Source of the DNA: Chloroflexota bacterium
GTDB lineage: Bacteria; Chloroflexota; UBA11872; UBA12225
Assembly: GCA_009693165.1 (NCBI GenBank)
Contig: SHXX01000001.1
Coordinates: 7,248 to 71,247 of the forward strand
DNA: 64,000 bases
Direction: 5' to 3'
A model generated the notes under the pieces. It had not been told where the DNA came from, ran no database searches, and was given only the letters and a program-made list of their open reading frames with translations. A program made the translations under genes and the position numbers. Of the stretch, positions 28,594 to 38,290 are shown in pieces (position 1 is the stretch's first letter; each line of letters starts with the position of its first letter).

Positions 28594-30153
28594 ATGACGA
28601 ATACTCCTCCCATGCAGAACGGCGACGAGCCCGTTTCACCGGCGGCGGCCGCCAGTTCTCATCTGGGTGCGAGCGATATAGGTCCGTCAAACCGGAAGCC
28701 CGGTGTACCCCGCATACCGACGCCTCCTCCCTCGGCACCCACTCCGTTGATTGCAGTCGGCACATCAGCGCCGACGAACGCCGACGCCGAAGACTTCAGC
28801 CGGCGGATCGGCAACTGGGGAACAGCCGCGCGCGACATCGGTGATCGATGGGAAGTCGTCGGGCCGGATCTGCTACGCCGACGCCTTCCTTGGACGGTCC
28901 CCACTGGTGGTGGGCGCTCAATGCAGGTCGTTTCAATTCTCTGCCTGGACTCAGGACAATCGGGCCAGATCCTCCAACGCGCCGGCGTATCTGCTCCTGA
29001 CTTGCTGTTGATTGGCCAGATTGCAACCTCGTCCGGCCCGAAACTCGCATTGCGGGCCACGGACCTCAAGGTCAGTCTGGACACCGCCGACCGTGCCCAG
29101 ACATCAAAGGTGCGCTTGCAGGCGTGCTTCGGGCGCATCGCTTCCGGGTTTCCTGCGGTTGAAAGTGCGCTCCTTGCCGAGGTGACGACGTCTGGCGAAG
29201 GCCATGACATGGCCGTGGAAGCCATTCGATTGGCGCTTGCCGGTGACTGGGAATCCGTGTCAATCACTGAGGGGTTGTTCGTTGCACCTGATTCCGGGTT
29301 CAACCGCTGGTTCCTTCAGGAAATCGAACAGCGTCGCCGAAGTGGTCGTCCGCCACCGAGGCTGCCGTACCGGAGCCGCCGGCGTGACGAACCTTCCGGC
29401 GCACCGGACGCGGGTGCAGCCCTCGGCTTCCAGGCACATCTGGAGCCGATTACCGCCCGTGACTTCCTCAGCGGCCTTGCAGGTTGGCCTGAGGCGGCAG
29501 TCGTTGCCAAGTGCGATGGGATTGACCTTGATTCGGTCGACATCGCGGTCGCCGAACGCTGCTGGCGGGTTGGCAACGGGTTGCGAGGCGCACTGTTGGC
29601 CATCAGCCGGCGCCTGTTCCTCCCGTCTACCGAACACTTGGATGCATCTGGGAACCCTCGTGATGTGGTCTCCGTGCTCCGACGGGTTGCCTCCCGCCAT
29701 CCGGGCACGTCAGATGCCCTTATCGAGGCGGTTTCCACGGCACTCGAGGCACGTCGTGGGCGATGGGACGCCGAGGCCGCACTGCTGGCCTTTCCGGTTC
29801 CCTATGCGACGTGGGCGCAGCGGTCCGAGGAGGCACGGCGGGACGGGACCGTCAGTGATGGCGCGTCGTTGGCTGATGAAGTTGCCGAAATGCTTGCAAC
29901 CGACGGGTCGGATCAATCGACTGCGTCGGGCGAAGAGGACGCTGCGCGTCGATTGATCGCACGGTTGACGCGAACGGCGCATCGGGAGGCCCACCAGCGG
30001 CACCGTGAACGCGTCCTCTCTGAAGCGCATCTCTTGATCGAGTCCGGAGTTGACGAGACAGGGATGATCGCTGAACTCGAGACACGCCGGGAGGAGTGGG
30101 CGTCGTACGCGATGGACGATGCTGGTGTCCTCGCCCGCCCGCCGGCGTCGTAG
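28594..30153 (+). CDS. Hypothetical protein, 519 aa, Pro-rich disordered N-terminus; no family recognised
   Basis: Long ORF whose third-position GC looked, by eye, like that of neighbouring genes (not counted). No catalytic or NTP-binding motif recognised. There is a weak D...D-x-K pattern (APDLLLIG ... ATDLKVS). Confidence 0.5.
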   Translation: MTNTPPMQNGDEPVSPAAAASSHLGASDIGPSNRKPGVPRIPTPPPSAPTPLIAVGTSAPTNADAEDFSRRIGNWGTAARDIGDRWEVVGPDLLRRRLPWTVPTGGGRSMQVVSILCLDSGQSGQILQRAGVSAPDLLLIGQIATSSGPKLALRATDLKVSLDTADRAQTSKVRLQACFGRIASGFPAVESALLAEVTTSGEGHDMAVEAIRLALAGDWESVSITEGLFVAPDSGFNRWFLQEIEQRRRSGRPPPRLPYRSRRRDEPSGAPDAGAALGFQAHLEPITARDFLSGLAGWPEAAVVAKCDGIDLDSVDIAVAERCWRVGNGLRGALLAISRRLFLPSTEHLDASGNPRDVVSVLRRVASRHPGTSDALIEAVSTALEARRGRWDAEAALLAFPVPYATWAQRSEEARRDGTVSDGASLADEVAEMLATDGSDQSTASGEEDAARRLIARLTRTAHREAHQRHRERVLSEAHLLIESGVDETGMIAELETRREEWASYAMDDAGVLARPPAS

Positions 30154-30377
30154 CGCAACCGCCATAGGCAAGTGGCCTGTCCCCGCGGCCCAGTTGATGT
30201 CGCAGCGCGACGCGGTGATGCGCATGTCGGAGGGAGCCAGTTTGCGGATGGGCAGCGGGTGTACTTGCCTTCCGGTGGGCAACGGCGCGCGATTTCAGGG
30301 ATGCCCGTTAGCCAGTGAGGAGGCGTGTCGCACGCGTGCAAAGCGACACGCGGGTATCATCGCCTCTCGAAGGAAAT

Positions 30378-31619
30378 GTGATCGTGGTTGCGAAACATCC
30401 TGCCGGTTCCCTGATCAGCCGCCTCGGCATCTCGCCGGTAATCAACGGTATTGGCACAGTCACCAAACTTGGCGGGTCGCTCATGCCTCCGCCGGTGCTG
30501 GATGCGATGCGCGACGCTGCCTCTGCATATGTCCCACTTGATCAGCTGCAGGCGGCAGTTGGACGACGCATCGCCGAACTCACCCGCAACGATGCCGCAT
30601 ACGTCTGTTCAGGAGCCGCTGCCGGATTGGTCCTTGCGACCGCCGCCTGCATAAGCGGAGACGACCCGGAGATCATGGCCTCGCTGCCTCGTCCGGAACG
30701 TATCGCGGGTGCTCCGACACGTGTGGTCATGCACCGTTGCCAGAGGATCGGGTACGACTTTGCCGTCCGTTCGACTGGTGTCGAGATTGTCGAAATCGGT
30801 CCTTCCCGGCAGGCCGCGGCGCATGGTGCAGTGACAACCACCGACGATCTTGAGTTTGTCCTCAACGATGCCACCGCGGCGGTCCTCTACATCGCAGGTG
30901 CGCCACACGCACCGGGCGCTCTCCCGCTGGAAAAGGTGATCGAGCTGGCACACGCCCACGGCGTGCCCGTGATTGTCGATGCAGCCGCCCAGATACCTGC
31001 GGTCGAGAACCTCTGGCACTTCAGCGGTCACGGTGGGCCTGCCCTTTGGGCGCGGGCCCTGCATGAGGCGGGTGTAACCGGAGACGCACCGCAATCCGTC
31101 CTAGGCCTCGGTGCCGACCTCGCGATCTTCTCTGGTGGGAAGGGCCTGTGTGGCCCGCAGTCGGCTGGGCTCATTCTGGGCCGCCGCGACCTGATCGACG
31201 CGGTGGGTCGCCAAGGCAATCCCAACGCGCTCATCGGGCGGCCCATGAAGGTGGGCAAGGAAGAACTATGCGGGATGGTGGCCGCCGTCGAGTGGTACCT
31301 AGGGCTTGATCATGTCGCGCTTGTCTGCCAGTACGAAGCTGATGTGAAGACCATCGTGGACTCCGTGCATGGCCTGCCGGGCGTGACGGCAACCCGCACG
31401 TGGCCCAACGAGGCCGGTCAGCCATTGGCGCGGGCCGAAGTCACCTTGGGTGAGGACGCCCGACTTTCAAGAAATGACCTGCAAGTGCGCTTGCGGGCCG
31501 GTTCACCATCCATTGAACTCAGTGACGCCGGTGACCATGGCGTGTATGTCAATCCGCAGAACCTGCATGCCGGCGAGGCCGTCGCCATCGGCGATGCACT
31601 GCGCCAGCACCTCCGCTAG
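30378..31619 (+). CDS. SelA-like / DgaE-like PLP-dependent enzyme (L-seryl-tRNA selenium transferase-related family)
   Basis: The PLP-lysine segment FSGGKGLCGPQSAGLILG parallels SelA FSGDKLLGGPQ. GTG 30378 is preceded by GAAGGAAA. Confidence 0.7.
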   Translation: MIVVAKHPAGSLISRLGISPVINGIGTVTKLGGSLMPPPVLDAMRDAASAYVPLDQLQAAVGRRIAELTRNDAAYVCSGAAAGLVLATAACISGDDPEIMASLPRPERIAGAPTRVVMHRCQRIGYDFAVRSTGVEIVEIGPSRQAAAHGAVTTTDDLEFVLNDATAAVLYIAGAPHAPGALPLEKVIELAHAHGVPVIVDAAAQIPAVENLWHFSGHGGPALWARALHEAGVTGDAPQSVLGLGADLAIFSGGKGLCGPQSAGLILGRRDLIDAVGRQGNPNALIGRPMKVGKEELCGMVAAVEWYLGLDHVALVCQYEADVKTIVDSVHGLPGVTATRTWPNEAGQPLARAEVTLGEDARLSRNDLQVRLRAGSPSIELSDAGDHGVYVNPQNLHAGEAVAIGDALRQHLR

Positions 31620-31912
31620 CGTGAGGGTCAGGCCCATGGTTGAGAAGCGACTTCCAATCAGCTACCCCATTGTGGGCCAGTCTTCCCGCTCCCTCTGATG
31701 ATGGTCAGGTGGCTGGGCAGAACTGGCACTCCCAGCCAACGCTCCTCACCATGGGCATCGATGCGCCCGCCAAGCCTGTCTTCCAAGGGGCTTGGGTCAC
31801 TCTGGCGATGGGTTGGGCCAAGCGAACCCCAATGAATTCACTGGATGATGGGGTGGGGTTTCAGCGCGCGTGTTCACGAGTATCATCGGCGCGCGAGGAA
31901 GGATGACTGGCT

Positions 31913-33106
31913 ATGGTTGCCGAACCGACTGCCTCTCCCGATGGACCCCGTGCCCTTCGTGGCGATGAATGGCCCTTGCTTGACCATCTCGTGTCGACCG
32001 TGTTTCGGCCAGAGATGTTTCACGACTACCCGCAATTGTTCAATGCCGCGAATCGGGCGAACTTGCGCGTGATCCGCGAAGGCGACCAAGTCGTCACTCA
32101 CGTCGGGTTCACCGTACGTCCGGCGGTTCTTCTTGGATCAGTCATCAATGTCGCTTGCATCGGTGCCGTCGCGACCGCACCGGAGGCGCGTGGGCGGGGC
32201 TTGGGGTCAATGTGCGTCCAGGACGCCTTTGATCATGCGTCGGCGGCCGGAGTCGACCTCATGCTGATCTCCGGCGGTCGCGGGCTGTATACCCGGGTTG
32301 GTTGCCGGGAGGTCGGTGTCGATCACCGGTTCATTCTGGAATCGGGCGACACCGCCGGTCGCGCCGGGGTTGCCCGACCGGGACTCGCGCTTGTTCCCGT
32401 GACCGCTGCGGACATCCGGGCACTCGGTGCGATCCATGAACGTGAGGCGGTCCGGTTCGTTCGGCCTCGAGATGACTGGGAACGGGCGTTCGATTGTGGG
32501 ATCGTCATGAACACGCCGTCGGATTTCTGGGGGGTTGCCGATGGCTCCGGCGTCATTGCGTATGTCGTCGTCCACCGCCCAGACCGGGTGCGATACCGCA
32601 AGGCAGAGGACGCCCTGTTCGTGCGCGTCGTGGAGCACGCCGGGCCTCGTGATGCTGTCGCGCATGCCCTGCCTGCACTGATTGACCGGTACGGTGCAGC
32701 CCGCGCTGAAGTGCATGTGGGTGGTCACGATATGGACTTGGTCCGGGCACTTCGGCACGCTGGCCTGCACGGAGTTCCGGAAGCGTCATCGGGCACGATC
32801 CGCGTCGTTGACTTCCCACGTCTGATGGGCAAGGTTCGCCCACTAATTGCCGGCCGGACAGGTCACGACCTGGCGTCCAGACTGGTCTTCGAGGCCGACG
32901 AGCGTGCGGGGAGTGCGCGTGGAGGGTTCAGCATCGGCGACGGAACTCGGACCATACGTGTGGCCGATCATGCGTCCCTGGGTCCGTGGTTGTTCGGCAC
33001 TCCCGAAGGCACTCATTCAGTTCCCCAGGGCGACCCGTCCCTCGCTGCTGATTTGGCATCGGCGCTGCCACTTCCTGCCCTCTGGTATGGCGTGAACTAT
33101 GTCTGA
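31913..33106 (+). CDS. GNAT family N-acetyltransferase, Eis-like three-domain architecture
   Basis: Acetyl-CoA binding segment IGAVATAPEARGRGLGSMCV, with ~400-aa length and a second GNAT-like and C-terminal domain as in Eis-type enzymes. Confidence 0.7.
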   Translation: MVAEPTASPDGPRALRGDEWPLLDHLVSTVFRPEMFHDYPQLFNAANRANLRVIREGDQVVTHVGFTVRPAVLLGSVINVACIGAVATAPEARGRGLGSMCVQDAFDHASAAGVDLMLISGGRGLYTRVGCREVGVDHRFILESGDTAGRAGVARPGLALVPVTAADIRALGAIHEREAVRFVRPRDDWERAFDCGIVMNTPSDFWGVADGSGVIAYVVVHRPDRVRYRKAEDALFVRVVEHAGPRDAVAHALPALIDRYGAARAEVHVGGHDMDLVRALRHAGLHGVPEASSGTIRVVDFPRLMGKVRPLIAGRTGHDLASRLVFEADERAGSARGGFSIGDGTRTIRVADHASLGPWLFGTPEGTHSVPQGDPSLAADLASALPLPALWYGVNYV

Positions 33107-33815
33107 CGCAGATGGACTCATGTCTCCACCACCGATGGTGCGCGGGGAAGTGAGCGACACCTGGACCCGACCGCGTGGTGTGGCGGCGTTGGCGGTAGGG
33201 ATCTGCGGGGGCACCTCGTCGGGAAAGACCACCTTTGCCCGTGCGCTGATCGAGACTTTGCGTGCAAGTGATCCAGGTGTCGACCTGGTTCTCGTCCGCC
33301 AGGATGAGTATTTCCAGGACTACCTTCATTTGCCAGAGGATGCGCGTCCGGCGGCGCGAACCGCGAACCGTCCCGATGCGATCGCGTGGCCAGCCCTTCG
33401 CGAGGCGCTGACCCTTCTCAAGCAAGGCAAATCCACGCCATTCCCTGGCCGTGGCACCGGCATGGCACAGCGTGTGCCCGAAGTCCGTGAAGTCGGTCCG
33501 ACGCGTCTCGTGATCGCCGAAGGCCATCTTCTCTTCATCGATGCACCGATCCAGGCCCTTCTTGACGTGAAAGTCTTCCTTGACTGTGATGTTGAGGAAC
33601 GGGTCCTGCGACGTATCAAGCGCGACACCACTACGTCAGGCCGGACCATCGAACAGTCGCTCGAATGGTTTCTGCGCGATGTGCAACCGAATAATCAGCA
33701 CTACACGGACTGGCAGCGCCGACAGGCCGACATCGTGATCCCGCATGATCGACCTAACCCGATTGCAACCGCTCTTCTTGCTGACGCAATTCGATCCCGT
33801 CTCGCGAGGGCATGA
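33099..33815 (+). CDS. udk: Uridine kinase
   Basis: P-loop VGICGGTSSGKTTFARAL, with later EGHLLF and RRIKRDTTTSGR. Overlaps the GNAT gene by 8 nt. Confidence 0.8.
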   Translation: MSDADGLMSPPPMVRGEVSDTWTRPRGVAALAVGICGGTSSGKTTFARALIETLRASDPGVDLVLVRQDEYFQDYLHLPEDARPAARTANRPDAIAWPALREALTLLKQGKSTPFPGRGTGMAQRVPEVREVGPTRLVIAEGHLLFIDAPIQALLDVKVFLDCDVEERVLRRIKRDTTTSGRTIEQSLEWFLRDVQPNNQHYTDWQRRQADIVIPHDRPNPIATALLADAIRSRLARA

Positions 33816-33947
33816 TGCGGGGAATGCTTGCCTGAACGTCTGGGGGAGGTGTTGGGGTTCGACGCTGGAACGACACAGACATACCGCTGGGTCGGGCCAA
33901 GGCTACGAGAAGTGACTTCGGCAGGCGATGGCCCGGCGAGCGCCAAG

Positions 33948-35312
33948 CTACCTCACTATGTGGCTTACCAAATCGTCTGCCATGCCAATGTACGTTGCGG
34001 GGGCTAGCGCGAGCAGGCGGGTTCGCGCATCGTCGGGTAATGGAAGTGAGGCGATCACCTTGCGCAGTTCGTTCGGTTCGACGCGGGTGCCACGGGTCAG
34101 CAGTTTCATCTGCTCGTACGCCTCGGTGATGCCGTGGGCGCGCAAGACCGTCTGGATTGCCTCTGCGAGCACTTCCCAGTGGGCGTCGAGTTCACTCATC
34201 ATTGCGTCGTGATCTGGCGCCACCCGGCCAAGTCCCCGGGCAGCCGATGCTAGCGCGAGTGCTGAATACCCGATTGCTGAACCAAGGTTGCGGAGGGCAC
34301 TCGAGTCCGACAGGTCGCGTTGCAGGCGCGAAACAGTCAGTTTCAGTGCCAAGTGATCCAGAAGCGCCGACGCGAGACCCAGGTTTGCCTCAGCGTTCTC
34401 GAAGTCAATCGGGTTGACCTTGTGGGGCATGGTCGAAGATCCGACTTCGCCGGAAACCGTCCGTTGCCGGAAGACCCCGCGGGAAATGTAGGTCCACATG
34501 TCCCGCGCAAAGTCGAGCGTGACCTGACCGAAACGGATCAGTCCGTGGCAGGTCTCCGCAATCCAGTCGTGCGGTTCGATTTGTGTCGTCAGTGGTGCGT
34601 AGGTCAGGCCGAGACCCTCGACGAACCCGCGCGAGATTTCTTCCCATGGCGCGTCCGGATATGCGATCAGATGCGCCCCGAAGGTGCCAGTCGCACCGTT
34701 GCACTTGCCCAGGTACTCCTGCCGGTCGATGTGGGAAAGTTGACGCTCCCATCGGGCCACGAAGACCGCAAGTTCCTTGCCGAGAGTTGTTGGCGTGGCG
34801 GGTTGTCCGTGGGTCAGTGCAAGCAGGGGCGCCGAGCGTGTCGCGACGGCAAGTGCCCTTGTTGTCTCGATGAGAGCAGTCGCGCGCGACCGCCACGCTT
34901 CCCGAACGCCATTGGCCATAAGCAATGCATATGAAAGGTTATTCACATCTTCAGACGTGAGTGCGAAGTGAAGGAACGGAACCCTGTCGGCCAATCCGAG
35001 GGTGGCGAGATGGTCGGCAAGGAAGTATTCGACGGCCTTCACGTCATGCCTCGTAAGCGCCTCGATCGCTTTCACGCGTTCCGCGTCGCCACTCTTGAAG
35101 TGGTGGACAATCGCGCGGAGCGACGCAACTTCCCCTGTGGTGAAGGGCGCGATCCCTGTGACGGACGCGTGGGAGGACAGGCAGATGAGCCACTCCACTT
35201 CGACGCGGACACGTGCCCTGATGAGCGCAGCTTCAGAAAATGCCGACGCCACGTCGGTGAGTTGTGATGCGTAACGTCCATCAAGCGGCGAAAGGGCCTC
35301 AACCGGAAGCAT
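33948..35312 (-). CDS. purB: Adenylosuccinate lyase
   Basis: Fumarate-lyase superfamily signature GSSTMPHKVNP and N-terminal LSPLDGRYASQ. Start set at ATG 35312. Confidence 0.9.
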   Translation of the reverse strand: MLPVEALSPLDGRYASQLTDVASAFSEAALIRARVRVEVEWLICLSSHASVTGIAPFTTGEVASLRAIVHHFKSGDAERVKAIEALTRHDVKAVEYFLADHLATLGLADRVPFLHFALTSEDVNNLSYALLMANGVREAWRSRATALIETTRALAVATRSAPLLALTHGQPATPTTLGKELAVFVARWERQLSHIDRQEYLGKCNGATGTFGAHLIAYPDAPWEEISRGFVEGLGLTYAPLTTQIEPHDWIAETCHGLIRFGQVTLDFARDMWTYISRGVFRQRTVSGEVGSSTMPHKVNPIDFENAEANLGLASALLDHLALKLTVSRLQRDLSDSSALRNLGSAIGYSALALASAARGLGRVAPDHDAMMSELDAHWEVLAEAIQTVLRAHGITEAYEQMKLLTRGTRVEPNELRKVIASLPLPDDARTRLLALAPATYIGMADDLVSHIVR

Positions 35313-35405
35313 GCCGAACAAGATCTCCACATCGTTCCAGATACATTGCAAATACTGTAACAATACTCATAAGTAAATAAGTAATAGATCATGATCAACC
35401 CCAAA

Positions 35406-35828
35406 TCATGTTGATTCCGGGTCGTACTGAAACTCTCTCAATTCCTGCGCGCATCGGCACGCGACCGCAATTTTCGCGGCCCACCGGATCGCCTCTTCCT
35501 TGCTAGGAACGTCAAGAACGGTAAACCCACCAGTAAACTCTGTGGTTTGAGGATACGTTTCGGAAGAGACAGTCCAATTACCAGAGACGATGATCGATGG
35601 GACGTCCTCGTTGATCCCTCCACCCAAAACCCGGACGCCTCTACGCTAAGCCTCTCGGACTACTGCATGCGAAGCCTCCGAAACAGCTGGAAAATCTTCC
35701 GGTGCAATGTGACCCATCCCTGAACCAGAAAACGAGGTCAGGTACTTTGTCATAGTGAAATAACTCAAATCGACTTCGCAACAAGAAGCGCCGTCCAAGT
35801 AATCACAGCAAAATCTTATCCGGGGCAC
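35406..35828 (-). pseudogene. YciI-family (YCII-related domain) gene interrupted by one in-frame TAG at 35646-35648
   Basis: MTKYLTSFSGSGMGHIAPEDFPAVSEASHAVVREA-TAG-RRGVRVLGGGINED...GGFTVLDVPSKEEAIRWAAKIAVACRCAQELREF is a single frame. In my recollection of family members (not database-checked), a Lys (AAG) occupies the stop position (..VVREAKDAGV..). Confidence 0.65.
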
Positions 35829-36086
35829 ACGCGACTTGGGAGCGCCCTACCGGGCTGAATACCAAGCGCACCACATCCGGCAGAGTGGTTCGTTCAGGAC
35901 CTTTCCGTCATGGGTCGATATCCAAGCTGAAGTCACAAGTTGTGGTCCGCCGCCCAATTCGGGACGAGGTTCGTTTCGCCGCAATCATCCCAGCGCGGCG
36001 GTCAACGCTGCCGGCCGAGGAACCGGGCGCGGCGATTGACCGGCCATTTCGCGTATGGACCCCACGGCGGTGGTGCCCGTCTTGGC

Positions 36087-37079
36087 TTAGTGCTTCCACA
36101 CATCCGGGTTTACGAGGAATGGCGGACGATGCCCGTGAAGCACGGCGATGATGTTCTCGCAGGCAAGACGCGACATCTTTGACCGCGTTGCAAAGGTGGC
36201 ACTCCCGAGATGTGGTGCGAAAACGGCGTTGTCGCACGCGAGGAGTGCGTCATCTGGCGCGATTGGTTCAACCTCGAACACATCAATTGCGGCACCAGCG
36301 ATCGTTCCTGAACGGAGGGCCGACGCCAGTTCCGCCTGCTTGACGATTGCTCCGCGCGCGCTATTCACCAGGATTGCCGTCCGCTTCATGAGGCCCAGTG
36401 CACGGGAGCCGATCATCCCCCGTGTTTCCGCATTCAGCGCACAATTGATGCTCACGAAGTCCGACTGGGCAAGGAGCTCATCCATGGGCACGTATGTCGC
36501 ACCGGTTTCTGCCTCGGCTTCCGGTCGCCTGGTGCGTCCGGAGTACAGGATGCGCATGCCGAAGCCCTTGCCGCGCCGCGCCACTGCGGTGCCAATTGCG
36601 CCCATGCCGATCACCCCGAGGGTCGCACCGTGGATGTCTGTGCCAAGCAGCAACGCCGGTTCGTACTTCTTCCATTCGCCGGAACGCACGTACCTGTCCC
36701 CCTTGGGGACGTGGCGTGCCATTCCCAGCATGAGTGCCCATGCCTGGTCGGCCGTCGTCTCGGTCAGGGTTCCGGGTGTGTTGCAGACCGCGATGCCTCG
36801 CTTGGTCGCCTCGGCAACGTCAACGTAGTCAAACCCGACGCCGAATCCGGAAATGACCTTGAGGTTTGGGGCGATTGCCATCGCTTCGGGGTTCAATCGG
36901 TCCGATGGCGGCAGCGCCAGAACGGCCGCCGCTCCATCTGCCAATTCCCGAAGCAGGACCTCGCGCGGTGCGCCATCTGGCCCATCCCACACGTGTACGT
37001 TGCAGTGTTCCCTGAGCAACGAAATCCCGGCTTCCGGGAACCCCCACGAACAGAACACCACCGGACGCGTGTCAGCCAT
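36087..37079 (-). CDS. D-isomer-specific 2-hydroxyacid dehydrogenase (glyoxylate/hydroxypyruvate reductase-like)
   Basis: NAD-binding GATLGVIGMGAIGTAVARR, with downstream LVNSARG and DVFEVEP...APHLGSAT motifs. Confidence 0.85.
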   Translation of the reverse strand: MADTRPVVFCSWGFPEAGISLLREHCNVHVWDGPDGAPREVLLRELADGAAAVLALPPSDRLNPEAMAIAPNLKVISGFGVGFDYVDVAEATKRGIAVCNTPGTLTETTADQAWALMLGMARHVPKGDRYVRSGEWKKYEPALLLGTDIHGATLGVIGMGAIGTAVARRGKGFGMRILYSGRTRRPEAEAETGATYVPMDELLAQSDFVSINCALNAETRGMIGSRALGLMKRTAILVNSARGAIVKQAELASALRSGTIAGAAIDVFEVEPIAPDDALLACDNAVFAPHLGSATFATRSKMSRLACENIIAVLHGHRPPFLVNPDVWKH

Positions 37080-37166
37080 CGTAGTGCACCTCCGCGGCGA
37101 TGGTACCGCCCGCGACTACCATTCGCCTCCCGCGCATCGCATCTCCTATCTTGAGAGGGATCGGAG

Positions 37167-37991
37167 GTGATGCGCATGGCGATGGCCGCACAGCGGATGG
37201 GAAGGCTTGTGGGGAAGGTCTCGGTCATTACCGGGGTTGCTTCCGGGATTGGGCGGGCGACCGCGCTTGCATTCGCGCGGGAGGGTGCTCATGTCGTTGG
37301 CGGCGACCAAGATGAGGTCGGCGGACGCGAGACTGTCAGGCTCATCAGTGACGCTACTGGCGTAACAATGGTGTTCGTGCCCACCGACGTCACGTCGGGA
37401 CACGCTGTCGCTCGTCTGATCCAGACCGCCGTAGATGCTCACGGGCATCTCGATGCACTTTTCAACAACGTCGGGATCAACCTCGTTCGGATGGTGCCCG
37501 ACGTGACTGAGGAAGAGTGGGATGCCACCATTGCCACCAATTTGAAGTCCGTCTTCCTTGGGTGCAAGTTTGCGATTCCGCACTTGGCACGAGCCGGCGG
37601 AGGTGCAATCGTCAATAACGCGTCCAACGCCGGCATCATCGGACGACCTGGCGACCCGGTCTACTGCGCGAGCAAGCACGGCATTATTGGCCTGACCCGG
37701 AGCCTCGCCCTTGGCCATGGCCCGCAAGGTATCCGTGTCAACGCGATTTGTCCCGGCCCGATCGAAACTCCGATGATCGGGGTCATGCGGGCACACGCGC
37801 CTGATAGTGCCGCATTCGACCGCTACGTAACCGGACAGACCGCGCTCAAGCGGATCGGTACCGCGGACGAGGTGGCCGACCTCGTAACGTTCCTCTGTTC
37901 GGATAGCGCAAGGAATATCACGGGCGCTGCCATCCCCATTGATGGAGGCAAGGCTGCCGGCATGATCCCGGGCATGATTGTCGCGCCGTGA
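37167..37991 (+). CDS. SDR family oxidoreductase
   Basis: TGVASGIGRA (TGxxxGxG), NNVG, and catalytic YCASKHG (YxxxK). Confidence 0.85.
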   Translation: MMRMAMAAQRMGRLVGKVSVITGVASGIGRATALAFAREGAHVVGGDQDEVGGRETVRLISDATGVTMVFVPTDVTSGHAVARLIQTAVDAHGHLDALFNNVGINLVRMVPDVTEEEWDATIATNLKSVFLGCKFAIPHLARAGGGAIVNNASNAGIIGRPGDPVYCASKHGIIGLTRSLALGHGPQGIRVNAICPGPIETPMIGVMRAHAPDSAAFDRYVTGQTALKRIGTADEVADLVTFLCSDSARNITGAAIPIDGGKAAGMIPGMIVAP

Positions 37992-38290
37992 TTGACTTGC
38001 AGGTTGGCGCAAATCTCTCACCTCAGAACAACTGCGTCGCGTCGGGTAAACCCCTGACGCGCACCCCCTCGCCAATCCGTTAACCTACTGCATCCATCCA
38101 GATGATCGCGGAGTGTCACCACTCGGCGATGGGGTGGGGCAAGTCAAGTGGTTTTGGATCACCGGGCGATGGGGTGGGGATTGGTTCCACGGTTGCCGGC
38201 ATCCGGAAACCGACGCCTCGTGGCCGTATCTGCCACCTAAAGGACCGACCTTTGACGTCAGCAAACCTGATCCCGTCACTCGAACCGAAG

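Noticed and set aside
30378-31619. SelA-like gene as evidence for selenocysteine decoding.
   Set aside because: The protein is of the shorter SelA-related/DgaE-like type. No selB, selD, tRNA-Sec or in-frame TGA/SECIS candidates were seen in the window.
35646-35648. In-frame TAG in the yciI-family gene as programmed read-through or pyrrolysine.
   Set aside because: There are no pyl genes or PYLIS-like context. A single AAG-to-TAG substitution at a position I recall as Lys in homologues is the simpler explanation. It is kept as a pseudogene or sequencing-error call.
38102-38290. 63-codon in-frame N-terminal extension of the acyl-ACP desaturase. Similar long 5' extensions occur on the MFS, tldD, pyrD, PAC2, cobQ and Gfo genes.
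   Set aside because: The extensions are low-complexity, overlap neighbouring genes or promoters, and precede internal ATGs that match the N-termini of the respective families. I interpret them as upstream open frame caused by GC bias.
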